A DNA stretch of 63,978 nucleotides, the filler included, from Hyphochytrium catenoides (taxonomy: Eukaryota; Protista; Hyphochytriomycota), in NCBI GenBank assembly GCA_900088475.1. It is 11 parts of 11 records of this genome, joined end to end, with 100 filler letters (N's around TTAATTAATTAA, not from the genome) between each part and the next. Parts side by side here need not be neighbours in the genome. Positions count along the whole stretch, not along the records: positions 1 to 12,142 come from FLMG01001881.1; positions 12,243 to 16,074 come from FLMG01004466.1; 9 more parts are not named here. The stretch is one strand, 5' to 3'. Positions within the stretch are counted from its first letter, which is position 1, and each line of letters starts with the position of its first letter. The notes beneath the pieces were generated by a model. That model was given only the letters and a program-made list of their open reading frames with translations, had not been told where the DNA came from and searched no databases. The translations under genes and the position numbers were made by a program. This document shows, piece after piece, positions 1-12,481 of the stretch.

Positions 1-1767
1 GACCATTGGCACGGTGGATGCTAAGCATCGCACCGCTCATACAAGTAGGTTTTACAGTAACCCTAATTTGGCATATTCGATCACCAACGTAGGCCAAATT
101 TGAGGTGTGTTGTTTTCAACATGTGAAATTGTGGGCCTCTTTTGTAGGCCTAAAAAGTCTGGGGTTAGCAAAAAGCAAAAAGTAGATGAAGGGGCTGGAC
201 CAGGAGCAAGCAGGCAGAAAGGAGGGAAAGACAAAGAGGAGGAAGAAGAGGAGAGAACATCAGTTCGCTGGGATGCCGCCGCTGATAGAACTACCGCCGC
301 TGGGGAGCTGGCATTTGTTTATGAGAGGACGGAGACGAGGTTCTTGCAGAGAGAGGGAAGGAGCACGAAGGATGAGGTTCAGGGAGGGAACCGTCGTCCA
401 GAATGAGGAAAGAGAGGACCAGCGACGCAGCAACGACGGGAAGAGAAGAGACCAGAAGGAGGGAAAGTGGGAGACGCTCTTTTGTTCCTCTCTCTTGGCT
501 TATAATTGTCATCATCAGTTTATCAAGAGTAGAACGACCAGTCAACCGTATGCTTTGTATGAAACCATCAGGAGAGGGTGATAGAGACGGCAAAACAGAA
601 GCTTTGCCGCGACTAGAACGACTGGCTACTAGTTCTACCTCTGTATCTTTCTCCCTTTCTATAATGGGGTTTTGCCTATATTTTGCCAAACAAAGACGCC
701 AGAAACGGAGAAGGGAGAATAGAACAACTCTGCGCGACCGTCCACATGTAGCGAGGCAAAGACATTCACTTATTAGAAGAAGAAGGAGAGGCAACAAGAG
801 CAATGGCTTGGTTTCTGCTGGAACATTGTTATTGTATGAGTAGCAGTAGTTCTTATGCAGCAAACTTACATGACAGACCAATAGAGTTAGGACGGTCATC
901 GTTCTAGTAGAGTTCTATTAAGGATTAGATGACCGGAAGACAAAGCCAGACATCTTATGCATCCATGGAAGAGAGAGAGAGAGAGAAGAGGGTGTGGCGT
1001 GGTCGACAGAGGCAGCCGATCAGCGGTAGACAGAGCGATAGACAGAGTGGGAGAGAGACAGACAGACAGAATTGGAGACGGAGAAAAATTAGGAGGAGGA
1101 GGGAAAGTTGTTGCCACCCATTAGAGAAAGGAGAGAGGAAAAGACAGAGGGAGAGGCCAAACAGGAACTTGTACCAAAAGACAGAGATGATCGGAGCGAG
1201 AGACATTCAGGAGCCAGAACGAAAGGAAAGACAGGAAGAATGAGTGGAAGAAAGAGAGGGAGAAAGAGAGACAAGAAAGAACCGCTTCAACAGAAACATC
1301 ATGTAGAGGTGCAAATGGGGAAAGGTCAATTGGCTATCATCAAAGACGGAACAAGAGAACTGTCATTATAGCAACAGAAGAAGAAGATCAATGGGCAGAT
1401 ATAAAAAAGCAAAGCGGAGACAGAGAGAGAGGAGTAGTTCGCATAAAAAGGGCGAGAGAGAGAGTGGAGGGGAAAAAGAGCTCCAGTCAAGGAGAGCAGC
1501 AGCAAAGATAGTGGAGGAGAAAAAAAGAACCGAGAGAGCGGGAGAGACAGAGAGCAAGATTAACGCAAGTATCGAATATACTGACTTCTTTGCAATGATC
1601 ATCACCACATCTTCCAGAAAAGTTAGAGAAGGGACACCCTAGCAATACTTCTCTTCTCTGCTCACCTCTCATACAGCCAAGCTAGCGAGAGAGAACTCCG
1701 GTGCTCGTTGGCATTGAAAGGAGCTGTCATTCCTAATACTTCTCCACAAAGCGCAAGTAGAAGAAGA

Positions 1768-3102
1768 ATGATACCACCTATGAAGAAAAGATGGTCAACA
1801 ACGGCAGAGGAGAAAGGAATGAAGATGAAAGAAAGTGGGGAAGGAAGAAGAAGAAGAAGTAACAGTGGCAGCAAGGCCTACTGCTTCTTCCGCCGATCCT
1901 TCGCTTCTCTTTTCCTCTTTTTCCTTGTTATCTCTCTGTTCTCCTCTCTTCTTCTGATCGAGAATACCGAAGCCGCAGGACTACGAAGCCGGCTAGCCCT
2001 TCCGGAAGGGAAAGCTTCTGTCGGTCAAAGGGCTAAGGCACTGTGGGACTCTTCTTATCAGAAGGCGCGCTCTTTTATTGTGGCTACCTATAATAAGCTT
2101 CGTCGTCGTGGAGTTCGTCCTGCGATCAAGGTCGACGGAGTTCGTGTTAAGTTCGAGGCTGATCGTATATTGATCGAGGAGGTCGACCAAGCTCCTCGTG
2201 AGGTCACGGCCGACGACGTTCATCTGATGATTGCACTCCTGACAGAATTATACGCCCCAGACCCTCACAATCTAACGCCTCCAATGACAGTAAGGCAGTT
2301 CCTGGAGCAGTACCGCGAGTCCGGACAGAACATTGGTGCCACGGTGAATAAGGAGGAGATCGAGCGTTACTCCAAACTCGATCCTAGCAATCCGCCAGAC
2401 GATCTGTTGAATAAGATGGCTGATTTTGAAAAGATAGTTTCCAAGGGTCCGGTGGACGAGGGCTACCTGAAGGAACATTTCACTAGCGGTATGGACCCGA
2501 GAGTTGTGGCGAATATGATGGCAAAGCACCTGGTGGAGTGGTACCACTACACGATCAGAATCCATCCAATGGTTCAGGAGGTGAAGCTGAGACGGCAGGT
2601 CCTTGAAGCTTCATATGACGCATGGTTGAAACAGAGAGGGAAAGAACAAGTTTCTGGCGCTGAAGAGCAGAACATCGTCTCTGGCACTGAAGAGCAGAAC
2701 AAAGTCTCTGGCACTGGAGAGCAGAACAAAGTCTCTGACACTCAAAGCGGCGAGAAGAAACTGAACGTTAGAGAAGCGGCCGAGGCATATCAAAGCGCCT
2801 TAGGGTCCGCGTCGACTATATTGCTAGCAGAGCTAGTGGCGCTGAAAAGAGGCACTCCATTCTTCGATAGCTCCATACAGGCAGTCAAGGAGATCCTCAG
2901 CGAAAGCGAAACTGCAGAGCTTCGAATGGAAGCGATCCGTGACTATTACAAAAGAAAGCCTGGTGATAGAGACGATTATGCCATACCACCTCAGCTTTCT
3001 CGTGAATGGGATGAGCTAAAACTGGGAGTACGATTAGAAATCGTGAGCCTAACGAACCTTGTAAACGGCAACCTAGACCACCTATTCAAACAATATATCT
3101 AA
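1768..3102 (+). CDS. Intronless orphan protein with recessed signal peptide/anchor and a 9-aa repeat; candidate secreted protein
   Basis: 1.3-kb open frame with complex, non-microsatellite coding sequence. First ATG is at 1768 (the track start at 1708 is TTG); further in-frame ATGs at 1780, 1819 and 1825. Hydrophobic segment FASLFLFFLVISLFSSLLLI followed by ENTEA|A, which resembles a signal peptidase site. No recognisable domain. Confidence 0.7.
   Translation: MIPPMKKRWSTTAEEKGMKMKESGEGRRRRSNSGSKAYCFFRRSFASLFLFFLVISLFSSLLLIENTEAAGLRSRLALPEGKASVGQRAKALWDSSYQKARSFIVATYNKLRRRGVRPAIKVDGVRVKFEADRILIEEVDQAPREVTADDVHLMIALLTELYAPDPHNLTPPMTVRQFLEQYRESGQNIGATVNKEEIERYSKLDPSNPPDDLLNKMADFEKIVSKGPVDEGYLKEHFTSGMDPRVVANMMAKHLVEWYHYTIRIHPMVQEVKLRRQVLEASYDAWLKQRGKEQVSGAEEQNIVSGTEEQNKVSGTGEQNKVSDTQSGEKKLNVREAAEAYQSALGSASTILLAELVALKRGTPFFDSSIQAVKEILSESETAELRMEAIRDYYKRKPGDRDDYAIPPQLSREWDELKLGVRLEIVSLTNLVNGNLDHLFKQYI
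2650..2742 (+). repeat. In-frame 27-bp tandem repeat, about 3.5 copies (VSGAEEQNI/VSGTEEQNK/VSGTGEQNK/VSDT)
   Basis: Units start at 2650, 2677, 2704 and 2731; consensus gtctctggcactgaagagcagaacaaa. Confidence 0.95.
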
Positions 3103-3108
3103 CGTCCT

Positions 3109-3167
3109 TTCCTCATGCGATCCCTGGACATATCCTTCCTCATGCGATCCCTGGACACATCCTTCCT
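3109..3167 (+). repeat. 27-bp-period tandem duplication just after the stop codon
   Basis: ttcctcatgcgatccctggaca at 3109 and 3136, with a partial third copy. Confidence 0.9.
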
Positions 3168-5165
3168 TCTTCTTCTTCTTGCCGCCACCTTCTTTCGCTG
3201 TCGTTTTTCTGCTCTTGGTGCCTTGCTTCCTCACCAATAGCAGCCCTGCTTCTCAAACGATGATGATAGGCTGTTCTTTAGCTTGGCGCGGAGTAGTAAC
3301 TGCGCTCCTTCTCCTCGTCTCATCGAACTTTGTTCTTTCATGCTCTAACGCACGAGCGTTTTTCTTGTCTAGAAGCCGGTCTTTTTACACCCTCTCCGTC
3401 TCTCTCTTCTCTCTCTATGTGTCTGTTTCTGTCTCTCTCTCTCTCTCTCCGTCTCTTTCTTCTCTCTCTTTGTGTCTGTTTTTGTCTCTCTCTCTCGGCT
3501 CTCGGTTTGTCTCTCTCTGTATCTTGCTCTCTTTTGTTTATTGTCGTCCTTCTCACCCCTTCTCTGCCTTCCGCGTCCATATCTTCTTTCTTCTCTATGC
3601 TGGCGAAGGATTAGGAGCTTCGCGTCATTGGCAAAGAGTGAATGCCGAGAGTGCGGGCGGGCCTAGAAGAGAATGGAGCGAAGAGGCCAAGCACCGCCAG
3701 TGTGTATGTGTGCACCGGTGGATGAAGGAGGCACGCAGAGGATATGACCACAAAGTGATGATGAGACGAGAAAGGGTGAGAAGAAGGAATAAGGGTTGAG
3801 TTGAAAAAATTTGAGGATAGAAGATAAGCCGTGGGGACTATCCTTTCATTCTCTGGGGTGCCGAGAACAGGAACGCGGAGGAAATGAGTGAGAAGCAAAC
3901 GTGGTAGGGGAAGGGGTGGAGAGAACTTTACTTATTTAGACAATGCGTAAGAAAGAGAGTCAAGGAGCAGGAGTAGTTGAAAGTGTGCTGCTCTCCTTCT
4001 CTTGTCCTTTCTTTCTTTCCCCAGTCGCTCATCTCCACCTTCAACGAGTGAACAGCCTTATGCAAGTAGCGCTATGACTACTGGGTAGAAGGAAGAGGTG
4101 AGAGCAGACCAAATAAGGAAAAGAGCATAGATTCCATCACAGAAAAGACGAAGAGAAGGCAAAAGAAGGAGAGAAAGACAATTGTGGAAAACGGAGAGAC
4201 CAACGGAAGAAAAAGGGCTGGACGTTCCGTCCGGTCTTTCACTCTTTATGAGGGCAGACGACCTTTCTGAGTAGCGTGAAGGGTAATGACGCCTTCAGCC
4301 CTAGCTGAAACCCCAACACAGATCGTCTTCAGCCTGAACAAGCGATCCTCAGTGAAGAAGCGAGAGAGACCTGGAGGAGCCCGACGAGAACATACACCAG
4401 TCCAGGCAGAGAAGAGTGACTAAGGGCTATCTCTTGGATACAGGGAGAGCGGGTCAACAGGAATAAGTTCTTGATGATATGCTGGGACCCGACTCGAGAA
4501 GCGCCAGTAGCGAATCAAGGGAAAGGTTGAGATGTCCAATCAATGATTGATAGGGAGGAACAGACAAAGAATAAGTTGAGATGAAGGAGACGAAAGTGAC
4601 AAAGAGGAAGGAGAAACGTGAAAGTGACAGAGAGAAAGGAGAAACCTGAAGATTAGAAGAACTAATCGCACGGCTATGGTTTGAGGATAGCGCGTGTTTC
4701 CTCGCACGTGACAGATAGTATTATACCCTCATCGGCAACGCGCAGCGAAAGCTTTCGCAAACAAGCATCATTCCTCGCCCAGCGTGGAGTCGGCCAACCG
4801 GTAGAGGAAACAGCAAGTGCCGCGAAGCCGCCACGGCGACAGTGTGTTCCTCATCAGGATGGCGGTAAGATGGTAAAAGCAGACCCATAAGACCTTTCAT
4901 CCTCAAGGAAGTGCCCAGTAAAAGACCGTTTGCGTTTGGGAAAGGCAGTTTTAGAGTTGCTTTGGAGGTGGTGGAATCTCTGCTCTGCTTCCATGAAGTA
5001 GGAGAACAGCATTAGAGACGAGGATGAGTAGAAACCGAGAGTGAGAAGAGTCGGTAAATGAGCAGCTCTTGTCAAATAAAGGAGCCAAACAGCCGTATTA
5101 TCGGCACCATTGCTCCAGGAAGAAGGAGGACAAGGAGAGAGGTCTCGGCCCTCGAATCTCTCTTT

Positions 5166-5771
5166 CTATCTTTCGATAGTAAACGTGTCAATGATTCTTC
5201 CGTCGCGATTCAGCAACTGAGAGAAAACGAGGCGACGGTCATCCAGGACTCGAATGTGGCTGATTGACGGAGAGAGAGAAAGGTCACGGAATGCTTGCCA
5301 GTCTTCCTCTCTCCCCGGGAAAGGGTCAGTCACCTCTACTCCTGCAATGCCTGTAGAGAAGAGAGTGAGAAACGGAGTGATAGACGGAGAGAGAGTGAGA
5401 GAGAGAAAGGTTGAGCGAAAGAGAGAGACGCGGCAGAAGGTGAAAGAGGACAAGGTAGATCAAAAAAGAACGCGGATCGTGGTCAGTGTCATCCTACTAC
5501 GTCCCATCCGGCTCAGAGCTTCGACTCCTCCTTGGTTACGAGTCAGTCTTCCTCTCCCTCTCGCTCTTTCCTTCTCCTCACGTCCCCTCTGTGTCACTTC
5601 ACGTGCCGACTCTCTCTTCGTAGATCTTCTCTCTTTTCCCGCCATAGCTCATTCTCTCTTCTCTGCCATAGCTCTCTATCTCTCTTCCGCAAGATGCTCT
5701 ACTCTCAATAATGTTGTTTCCTTCGTAGAACTAGTTTCCTCTCTGGTCCATTCGTACTTTTCGTCCTTCTG

Positions 5772-5817
<46 letters not shown>

Positions 5818-6081
5818 TTTTCTCCCTCTCTCTCTTGCCTCTCTCCCGCTTCTGCCTACCGGTCTGCACGTGAACTGGCGCCTGGGTGTTTCTGTAGTTT
5901 TTCTGTTTCACTTCTCCATGGGCGACGGGCCACGTCCTCTCATAATGATGTGTATGACCTGAGAGATAGAGGTCTACCCTGTTTGAGACTAAGAGCTCTT
6001 CGAATGCGAGTCGGAGGAGATAGGACTGTGCTCACAATCCACATAAAGAGAGGGGGCGACAGAATAAAAATGAAGAGACAG

Positions 6082-6130
<49 letters not shown>

Positions 6131-7488
6131 TGTCCGAGGAACAGCCGGAGACAAAGAGGGAGAGGGAGAGCCGAGAGACCAGATTGGGAAAGGGTAAGAA
6201 AGAGAAGGGGAGAGAGAAGGAGGAAGAAGAGAGCATATTATCAAACAATCGAGGGAAAGGATTGAGTGGTGGAGGTTAAGCCTAACAGTTTAAAAGAGAG
6301 ACACACAGAAAGAGAGAGAAAGGTAGCACAGAGAGAAAGAAAAACAGAGGAAAGAGAGAGACAGACAGACAGAGACAGAAGTAGACAAACGGGCAAACAG
6401 AGAGAGACCGACCGACAGACAGACAGACAGAGAGAGCGACAGGGAGCGCGAGGAAGTGAGAGAGAGAGAGAGAACGGCCAAGGAAATGAGAGACAAGAGG
6501 GAGCCAATCAGACGGTTGGGAGCCGCAAAACGTGGAAGTGGAGTGGGAGAGAGGAGACGTGAGTAGTAGAGGAGAGGGAAGGATAAGTGATGGAAAAGCA
6601 TAGAACATCAGCTTGCGAGGGAAGGCAGCAACGGACTCAGGTGAAGATGTGAAAAGAGAATAGAGAGAGAGCAAAGAAGCCTACCTCCCCTGTACACTCC
6701 TGCCCTGGTCTATCGATCGTGCAATAGAGAGCGCGATGGCCCAACACAATGACCCACGGAGTTTCACTCCGGTTCACCCTGGAGAGGTCTCTCTCTTCCA
6801 AGAAAAAGGGAGGAGACCGGGGCCAGAGAGACAGATAAGAAAAACAGGAAGGGGAAGAGAGAGAAACAGAAAGCGCAGCGGGAGCGAGGGAAAGTGAGAA
6901 CAGATATGAGAGAGTGGAGAAGAGTAAGATATAGGAATAGAGGTCGGCAGCATAAGAGGGGGTAAAAAAAAGAAAGAGAGACAAAGGAAGAGATAAAGAA
7001 AGAGTGAGAGAAAACGGAGACGTAGACCACAAGAGGCAACTGCACAAGTCAGGACCAAGTAAGAGAGAGACACACGGAAAGAGGCAGTAGAAATGTAAGG
7101 GAACAAGAAAGAAAGGGAAGACGGAAAAGGAACGGGAAGAGTAAGCCCAAAAGTAGCAGGGGACAATTGAAAAATGAGAAGAGGAAGCGAGAGTGCGAGA
7201 CAGAGCAGGAGAACCAGTTAAAGGGAAAGAGTGATAAAGAAGGAAAGAGACGAAAATATAAAGAGAGAGGGAATAAGAGTAAAAGAGACTGCAAAGCTAA
7301 AGCGGGAAGAGGGGAAGGAGAGAGAGAAACGAGAGAAGAAACAGGGATATAAAGTACATTTACCAAGCCAGATTTTTTGCGGTATATACCAGGCCCTGAA
7401 GACTGCGGGGTAGACCGGCGCCTCTGTGTGCAGCATCACGAAGTGNNNNNNNNNNNNNNNNNNNNNNNNNNNNNNNNNNNNNNNNNNN

Positions 7489-7528
<40 letters not shown>

Positions 7529-10173
7529 CCGGAGAGTAGAGAGCCAAAACGAAAGAGGTGAGAGATGAGAGTCAAAGAGACAGAGAGAGAACGATAGAGA
7601 GAGAGACAGAGAGACACAGACGGCGAGAGTCAGACAAAAGATAGCGAGACGGGAAAGCCTTCAAGAAGAATATCCCCGAAAGAAGACTAAAAACGAGACT
7701 ATAAAAGAAAATATGAAAGCATTGGGCGCTGTCTGGCTTCTCCCCTCTCTTTTTTTTTGCTCCCCTCCTTCCCCCCTCCCCCTCCCTTACTCTGACTCTT
7801 CTCTCTCTGAGAAAAAAGAATGGAATATCTCTCTTTGTTGACTTCCTCCTGCTTCTTGCTTTATTCTATCTTTGCTCTCCTCCTTTCTTTGCTGCTGTTC
7901 TCTCCCTTTGGTGTCCCTCTCTTCTCTTTCTCCGCCTCACTCTCTTACAAATACACTACCTTTCGAGTTCCAGCTAAAGTAGAAAGGATTGTTGGCCTGG
8001 AGGAAGCGAGTCAGGGACGTGAAGGAAGGTAAAAAGAAAAGAGGAAGAGACGCATGCACAGACCAGAAGGAACAAGGGAGAGGCCGTCCTCGAAGAGAGT
8101 GAACTATTTCCTTCTCTCCTCTCACTTTCTTCCCCTGTCTTCTGTATGCCCCATTATGATTTCCCATTTGTTTCTCTCTTCTCTCTCCTGTCTCTCTCTG
8201 TCACCTGGTCCACCACCTCCTTTTTGGTAACTCTCTCTCTGTCTCTCTCTCTCTGTCTCTCTCTCTCTCTTTTTGCTTACCCCTGATGCCTGGGCCAGGA
8301 GCTTGTTTCCTCTGAATCTGCACTCAAAGTGAGAGAAGTCGTTGCTCGTATAAACCGAGCCATAAAGCTCGTGGTTTCCGGAACCAAAAAGAAAGAGTGA
8401 CGAGGAAGAGAGAGGAGAGAGAGAGCGCATAAATCTGTCTCCGTCTTTCCCTTGGTCAGAGAATAAAGAGTAGGCAATATCTCCTACAAGGACGTAGAAA
8501 TCTGCTTTCTTCTCTGTCTCTCCTCTCTCTTCCTCTTTCGCTGTCTCTCTTCGTCTTCTTTCTCTCTCCTCTCGTTTCTCTCTGCCATTCTTCGCCATTG
8601 CCTTTAGCCGAAATAGTGCGTTGTCCTTACTTTGTAAGCCAAAGTCCGCAAGAACGACAAACTCTTCCAAAAAAGAGTCTCTCTCTTTTGCATTTTTCCT
8701 CTCTCTCTTCTCCCTTCCTTCTTGGTCGTCTTCTCTCTCCTTCTCCTCTTCCTCTCGCAGAAGAGGAGTGAGGGTAGCTAGTGACGAGGGAGAGAGAGGT
8801 GGAGAGAATGTATGCCATGGTGAGGACCACTCGATATCGGAAGCCGGCCCCACTTCCAGTTTCAGGAGAGAGACATTCTTGTCGTTTCTCTCTCTTGCTC
8901 TCTTTCTCCTGAAGAGAAAGTCCTCTAAAAGAGAGGCTGGGCCAACGCCGACGCGATAAGAGAGAGAGAAGGGGGAATCTTGTCCATTGCTCCACCCGTC
9001 CCTTTCGTTGGCTTCTCCATTCTCCTTTGACTCTGAAGAAAGAAGTGGAAGAGAAAGGTTGTCCCCTTTCATAGTTTCTCTCTTTTCTCTTCTCTCTCCT
9101 CTCTCTCTTTGTGCAAGCTCCCTTAGGTCTATAGGGAGCGAGTAGAACACTCTCCCAGGAAGACAATTTTCCCCTCTTCCATAGCTCAGAGCGGAGATGT
9201 CGCAGTAGCGAGAGAGAAGAGAAGATGAAGAAAGAGAGTCTTTCTTTCCCTCTTCCCTCTCTCTTCCGTCGTCTCTTTCCTTCTTCGTGAAGCAATACTG
9301 GACAAAGCCTGTTGGATGATAAGCCGCAGGAGAAGACGAAGAAAGAAACGGAGAAGAGCGACGAAGACCTCCGCCTTCTCTCTCCCTGTCTCTCTTTTGG
9401 ATTAGTTCTTCTGCTCTTCTCCCGCTTGCCCCTTGTTTCTCCTCTCTCTCCCTCTCTCTCTCCACTTCCCATAGCATGAAATTCACTATGAACTCATATG
9501 GAGTTCGTCCAAAAGAGAGATGAATCTGCTCTGTCTTCCACCTCGTCGCTTTCCTTTCTCTCTCTTCTTCTATTCTCTCTCTCTCCTCGTTGATCTTCCA
9601 GAGAGCTGTGAAGCTCTCTTCTCTCTCTCTCTCCTCTTCTCTCTTCCCAGCCTCGGGTAGCCAGCCAGAGTACTGCCTGTCTATGAAGCGGTAGTAGCCG
9701 TAGGAGAGAGAATATACAGAAAGGAAAAGAGAGAGAGAGAGAAGGAGAGAGGCAAAAAGAGAGAGACAGAGGAATTTGATGCAAAGCTTTCCCCCGGATA
9801 AGTAGTAGAGAAAGAGGGAGCGACAAGGAGAACAGCGAAATGGCCTCGCGCTTCCTTTTCTCCTCTTTCCGAGAGAGAAGAGAAACCCCTTTCTTCTTTC
9901 TTTCTCTTCTTTTCTCGCTTCTCCCTCTTCCCTTTCTTCGAAGGGCAAAGGGTGGAGGAGGCGCTGCTGCTCCTCATCCTCTTCCTGTCTCCTCTCCCTT
10001 TCTTGCTGGCGTTGGGAGGAGAGAGAGAGAGAAAGAGAGACGGAAGAAGAAGGCGCAAATCTCTGTCTTCCTTCCTCTATTCCTCCTTTGTTTCTTCTTC
10101 GGCTCCTCCCTTCTCCTCCAGGCTCCTCCTGTTCCTCTTCTCTACGCAGGCGGGAACTTCTATTGAGAGCCAT
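5166..10173 (-). CDS. Purple acid phosphatase (ACP7/PAPL-like metallophosphoesterase) with N-terminal transmembrane anchor; 6 exons
   Basis: Exons 10173-8281, 7996-7960, (gap)7445-7364, 6794-6685, 6025-5860 and 5350-5166. All visible junctions are GT-AG and phase-consistent; one acceptor lies in an N gap. All five PAP metal-ligand motifs occur in order: ADFG (DxG), GDIAY (GDxxY), GNHE, VLGH (in PWVIVLGHRALYC) and GHTHHYER (GHxH). EQIHLS marks the N-terminal FN3-like domain and APVHVQTG lies in the C-terminal region. Confidence 0.92.
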
Positions 10174-10527
10174 GAGAAAAGGAAGTTATTCTTCTTCTCT
10201 CATATCACGGCGCCTTTGTTTCTCTCTGTCCTCTCTCTTCTTTCGCTCCTCTCTCTCTCTCTCTCTCCATCTCTCTCTCTCTCTCCCCCCTTCCTTGCGT
10301 CTTTCCGATCTCGTTAGTTCCAATGTCGGTCTCTTACGTCGTACTGAGTCTAAGAAATCACTGAGCCACTTCTTCAGAGACCGTAAGGGTGACAAAAGGA
10401 GAGAGAGGAGAGAGTGAGAGAGAGAGAGAAAAAGAGAGAGAGAGAGAGGGGGAGNNNNNNNNNNNNNNNNNNNNNNNNNNNNNNNNNNNNNNNNNNNNNN
10501 NNAGAGAGAGAGAGAAAGAATGAAGGA

Positions 10528-10560
<33 letters not shown>

Positions 10561-12142
10561 GTGAAGAGAAATCAAAGGGGCAGTGGGAGAAGAATGGGAA
10601 GGAAGGACAGAGTGCCTTTGAATGAAGAGATAGAGGAGGAATAAAGAAGAGGAAGAGCAACAAACAAGCGAGACAGAGTGAAAGGCACATGAAAGAAAGA
10701 ATAAGACATGAAGGGAAAGCCGGGTGCAGGGCAGAGAGAGCAAGACAGAGTGAGAAGAAAGTTAAGGTCTTATTATAGTGAGAGGTGGATTAAACTAGGG
10801 ATATTGAAACATAACTCCGGAGTAAGATCTCCTGTTTTGGGTAATCGGCTGATAATCCAGTGCTCAAAAGAAGGGTAAGGATAGAGAGACAGCCAGAATC
10901 ATGCAAGACAGTTATCACAGTTATAAACAAAACGGGGAGACAGAAAGAATAAGAGAGAGGGGAGCGCCATCTTATTACAGGTACGCTTCTTAGTTTCTGC
11001 AAGAGGTCCATGAGAGGACCCCAAGAGATACGAACTTGGTCCGAAGAATTGAGGAGGACCGAAATTGAAGAATATTTCCTTTCCCCAAAATCGAAAATAT
11101 CTGTCTGTGCTTTTTAGTTTCGGGACTTGTATGGATCTCTGTTTCTTGCTGGGAGCGGCGCTGAGCAAAAACCGTCAGTGGTAGTAGTGCACTATCTATC
11201 ATGATGTCATGCTGATGATGATGATGACCAGCCGCCCCGCTAAGACTGACAGCCTCCTCCTCCTCCCGCCTGCCGCCCTCCCGCCTGCTGCCCTCCTCCC
11301 TTTGATGATGGTCCAGCCCCAGCGGTGGGCGGCGGTGGCCGCGCGGGCAAGGAGAAGATGAAGAAGCTCTTCTTATAACGGGCAGGAAATGCTAATAATA
11401 ACAAGCGCCTTCCATTTTGAAATGAGGCCTGGCCCTGCCAGCAGCCTTCTTTCGCGGCTCGCTAGCTGCTGTCAGGAGGATATCATCATCATCTGAAGGA
11501 AGAGGAAGGACCAAGGAAAGGGCACGGCGACGGACTCTTTAGGCAGCTTTCTAGTAGTGTGCTTTGCCGCCCTCGGGAAGACGCAGCGCGAGGCACTAAC
11601 TTCTCGTCTTGGTGGACGATCATCGGGCTAGTGAGCAGGTGGACAAAAATGCTTAGGACTAGAAAGTTTAGGACATCCGTCCAGGAGATGTTAGACATTG
11701 GCAGAAAATGTGCTGCTGAGAATCCTGTGAGACACAACAACGGGAAAGGCCATTTTTTACCTAGATGAAGGAGAAGCAAGGAGAAGGTTGATCTTGGACG
11801 GCGGAGCTCAGCAGCAGCCACCACCACCTTGTTTGGTTCCTATGAGATTCGATCACCATCTCCAGAAGGGCAGCCCCTGTCTCTCGCCCTCACGGCAGAG
11901 GCCAAGCAGATTACCTCTTAGCTTGCGGGTTTCCACGCCAAGGTTCTTTCATCATAGAGGTTTGCTAATATCCTCCTGCAACATCATGGCCGTTGTTGTC
12001 TGAAAGACGACCTCAAGGCATGATCCAGCCTATACCGTGCATCTGCAGACGGTGGCACCGTGACTTAAAGAGGGGAGGAAGAGGGTTCCTATGTATGCGG
12101 AATAAGGGCAGAGAGAGAGAGAAAAAGAGAGAGAGAGAGAGA

Positions 12143-12242
12143 NNNNNNNNNNNNNNNNNNNNNNNNNNNNNNNNNNNNNNNNNNNNTTAATTAATTAANN
12201 NNNNNNNNNNNNNNNNNNNNNNNNNNNNNNNNNNNNNNNNNN
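12143..12242. other. Artificial contig-joining linker
   Basis: N44-TTAATTAATTAA-N44 (stops in all six frames). Confidence 0.97.
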
Positions 12243-12481
12243 AGAGAGAGAGAAAGAGAAGAAAAAAGAGAGTGAAAGTGTGAGAGAGAGAGAGAGAATT
12301 TATAAGAGAAACGATAAAGCCATAGCGGCCTCCTGATAGCTAGGACAATTGTCAAGCATGAGAGAAAGGAAGAATACTAGCGTGGGCTGAAGGAGGAAGA
12401 GAGAGGGAACGACTGAGAGAAAAGGAGAGAGAGAGGGAGAGACAACATGGAGAGAGAAAGAGAGAGGAGAGCTCTTCATAC

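Noticed and set aside
12-50. Imperfect hairpin resembling a Helitron 3' end
   Set aside because: No CTRR terminus at the expected distance, and the context is cut by the window edge.
1975-2010. RxLR or PEXEL host-targeting motif after the signal peptide
   Set aside because: AGLRSRLALPE fits neither RxLR-dEER nor RxLxE/Q/D.
4240-5050. Possible decayed retroelement coding sequence (FYW-containing peptide on the minus strand)
   Set aside because: No run of diagnostic motifs could be assembled.
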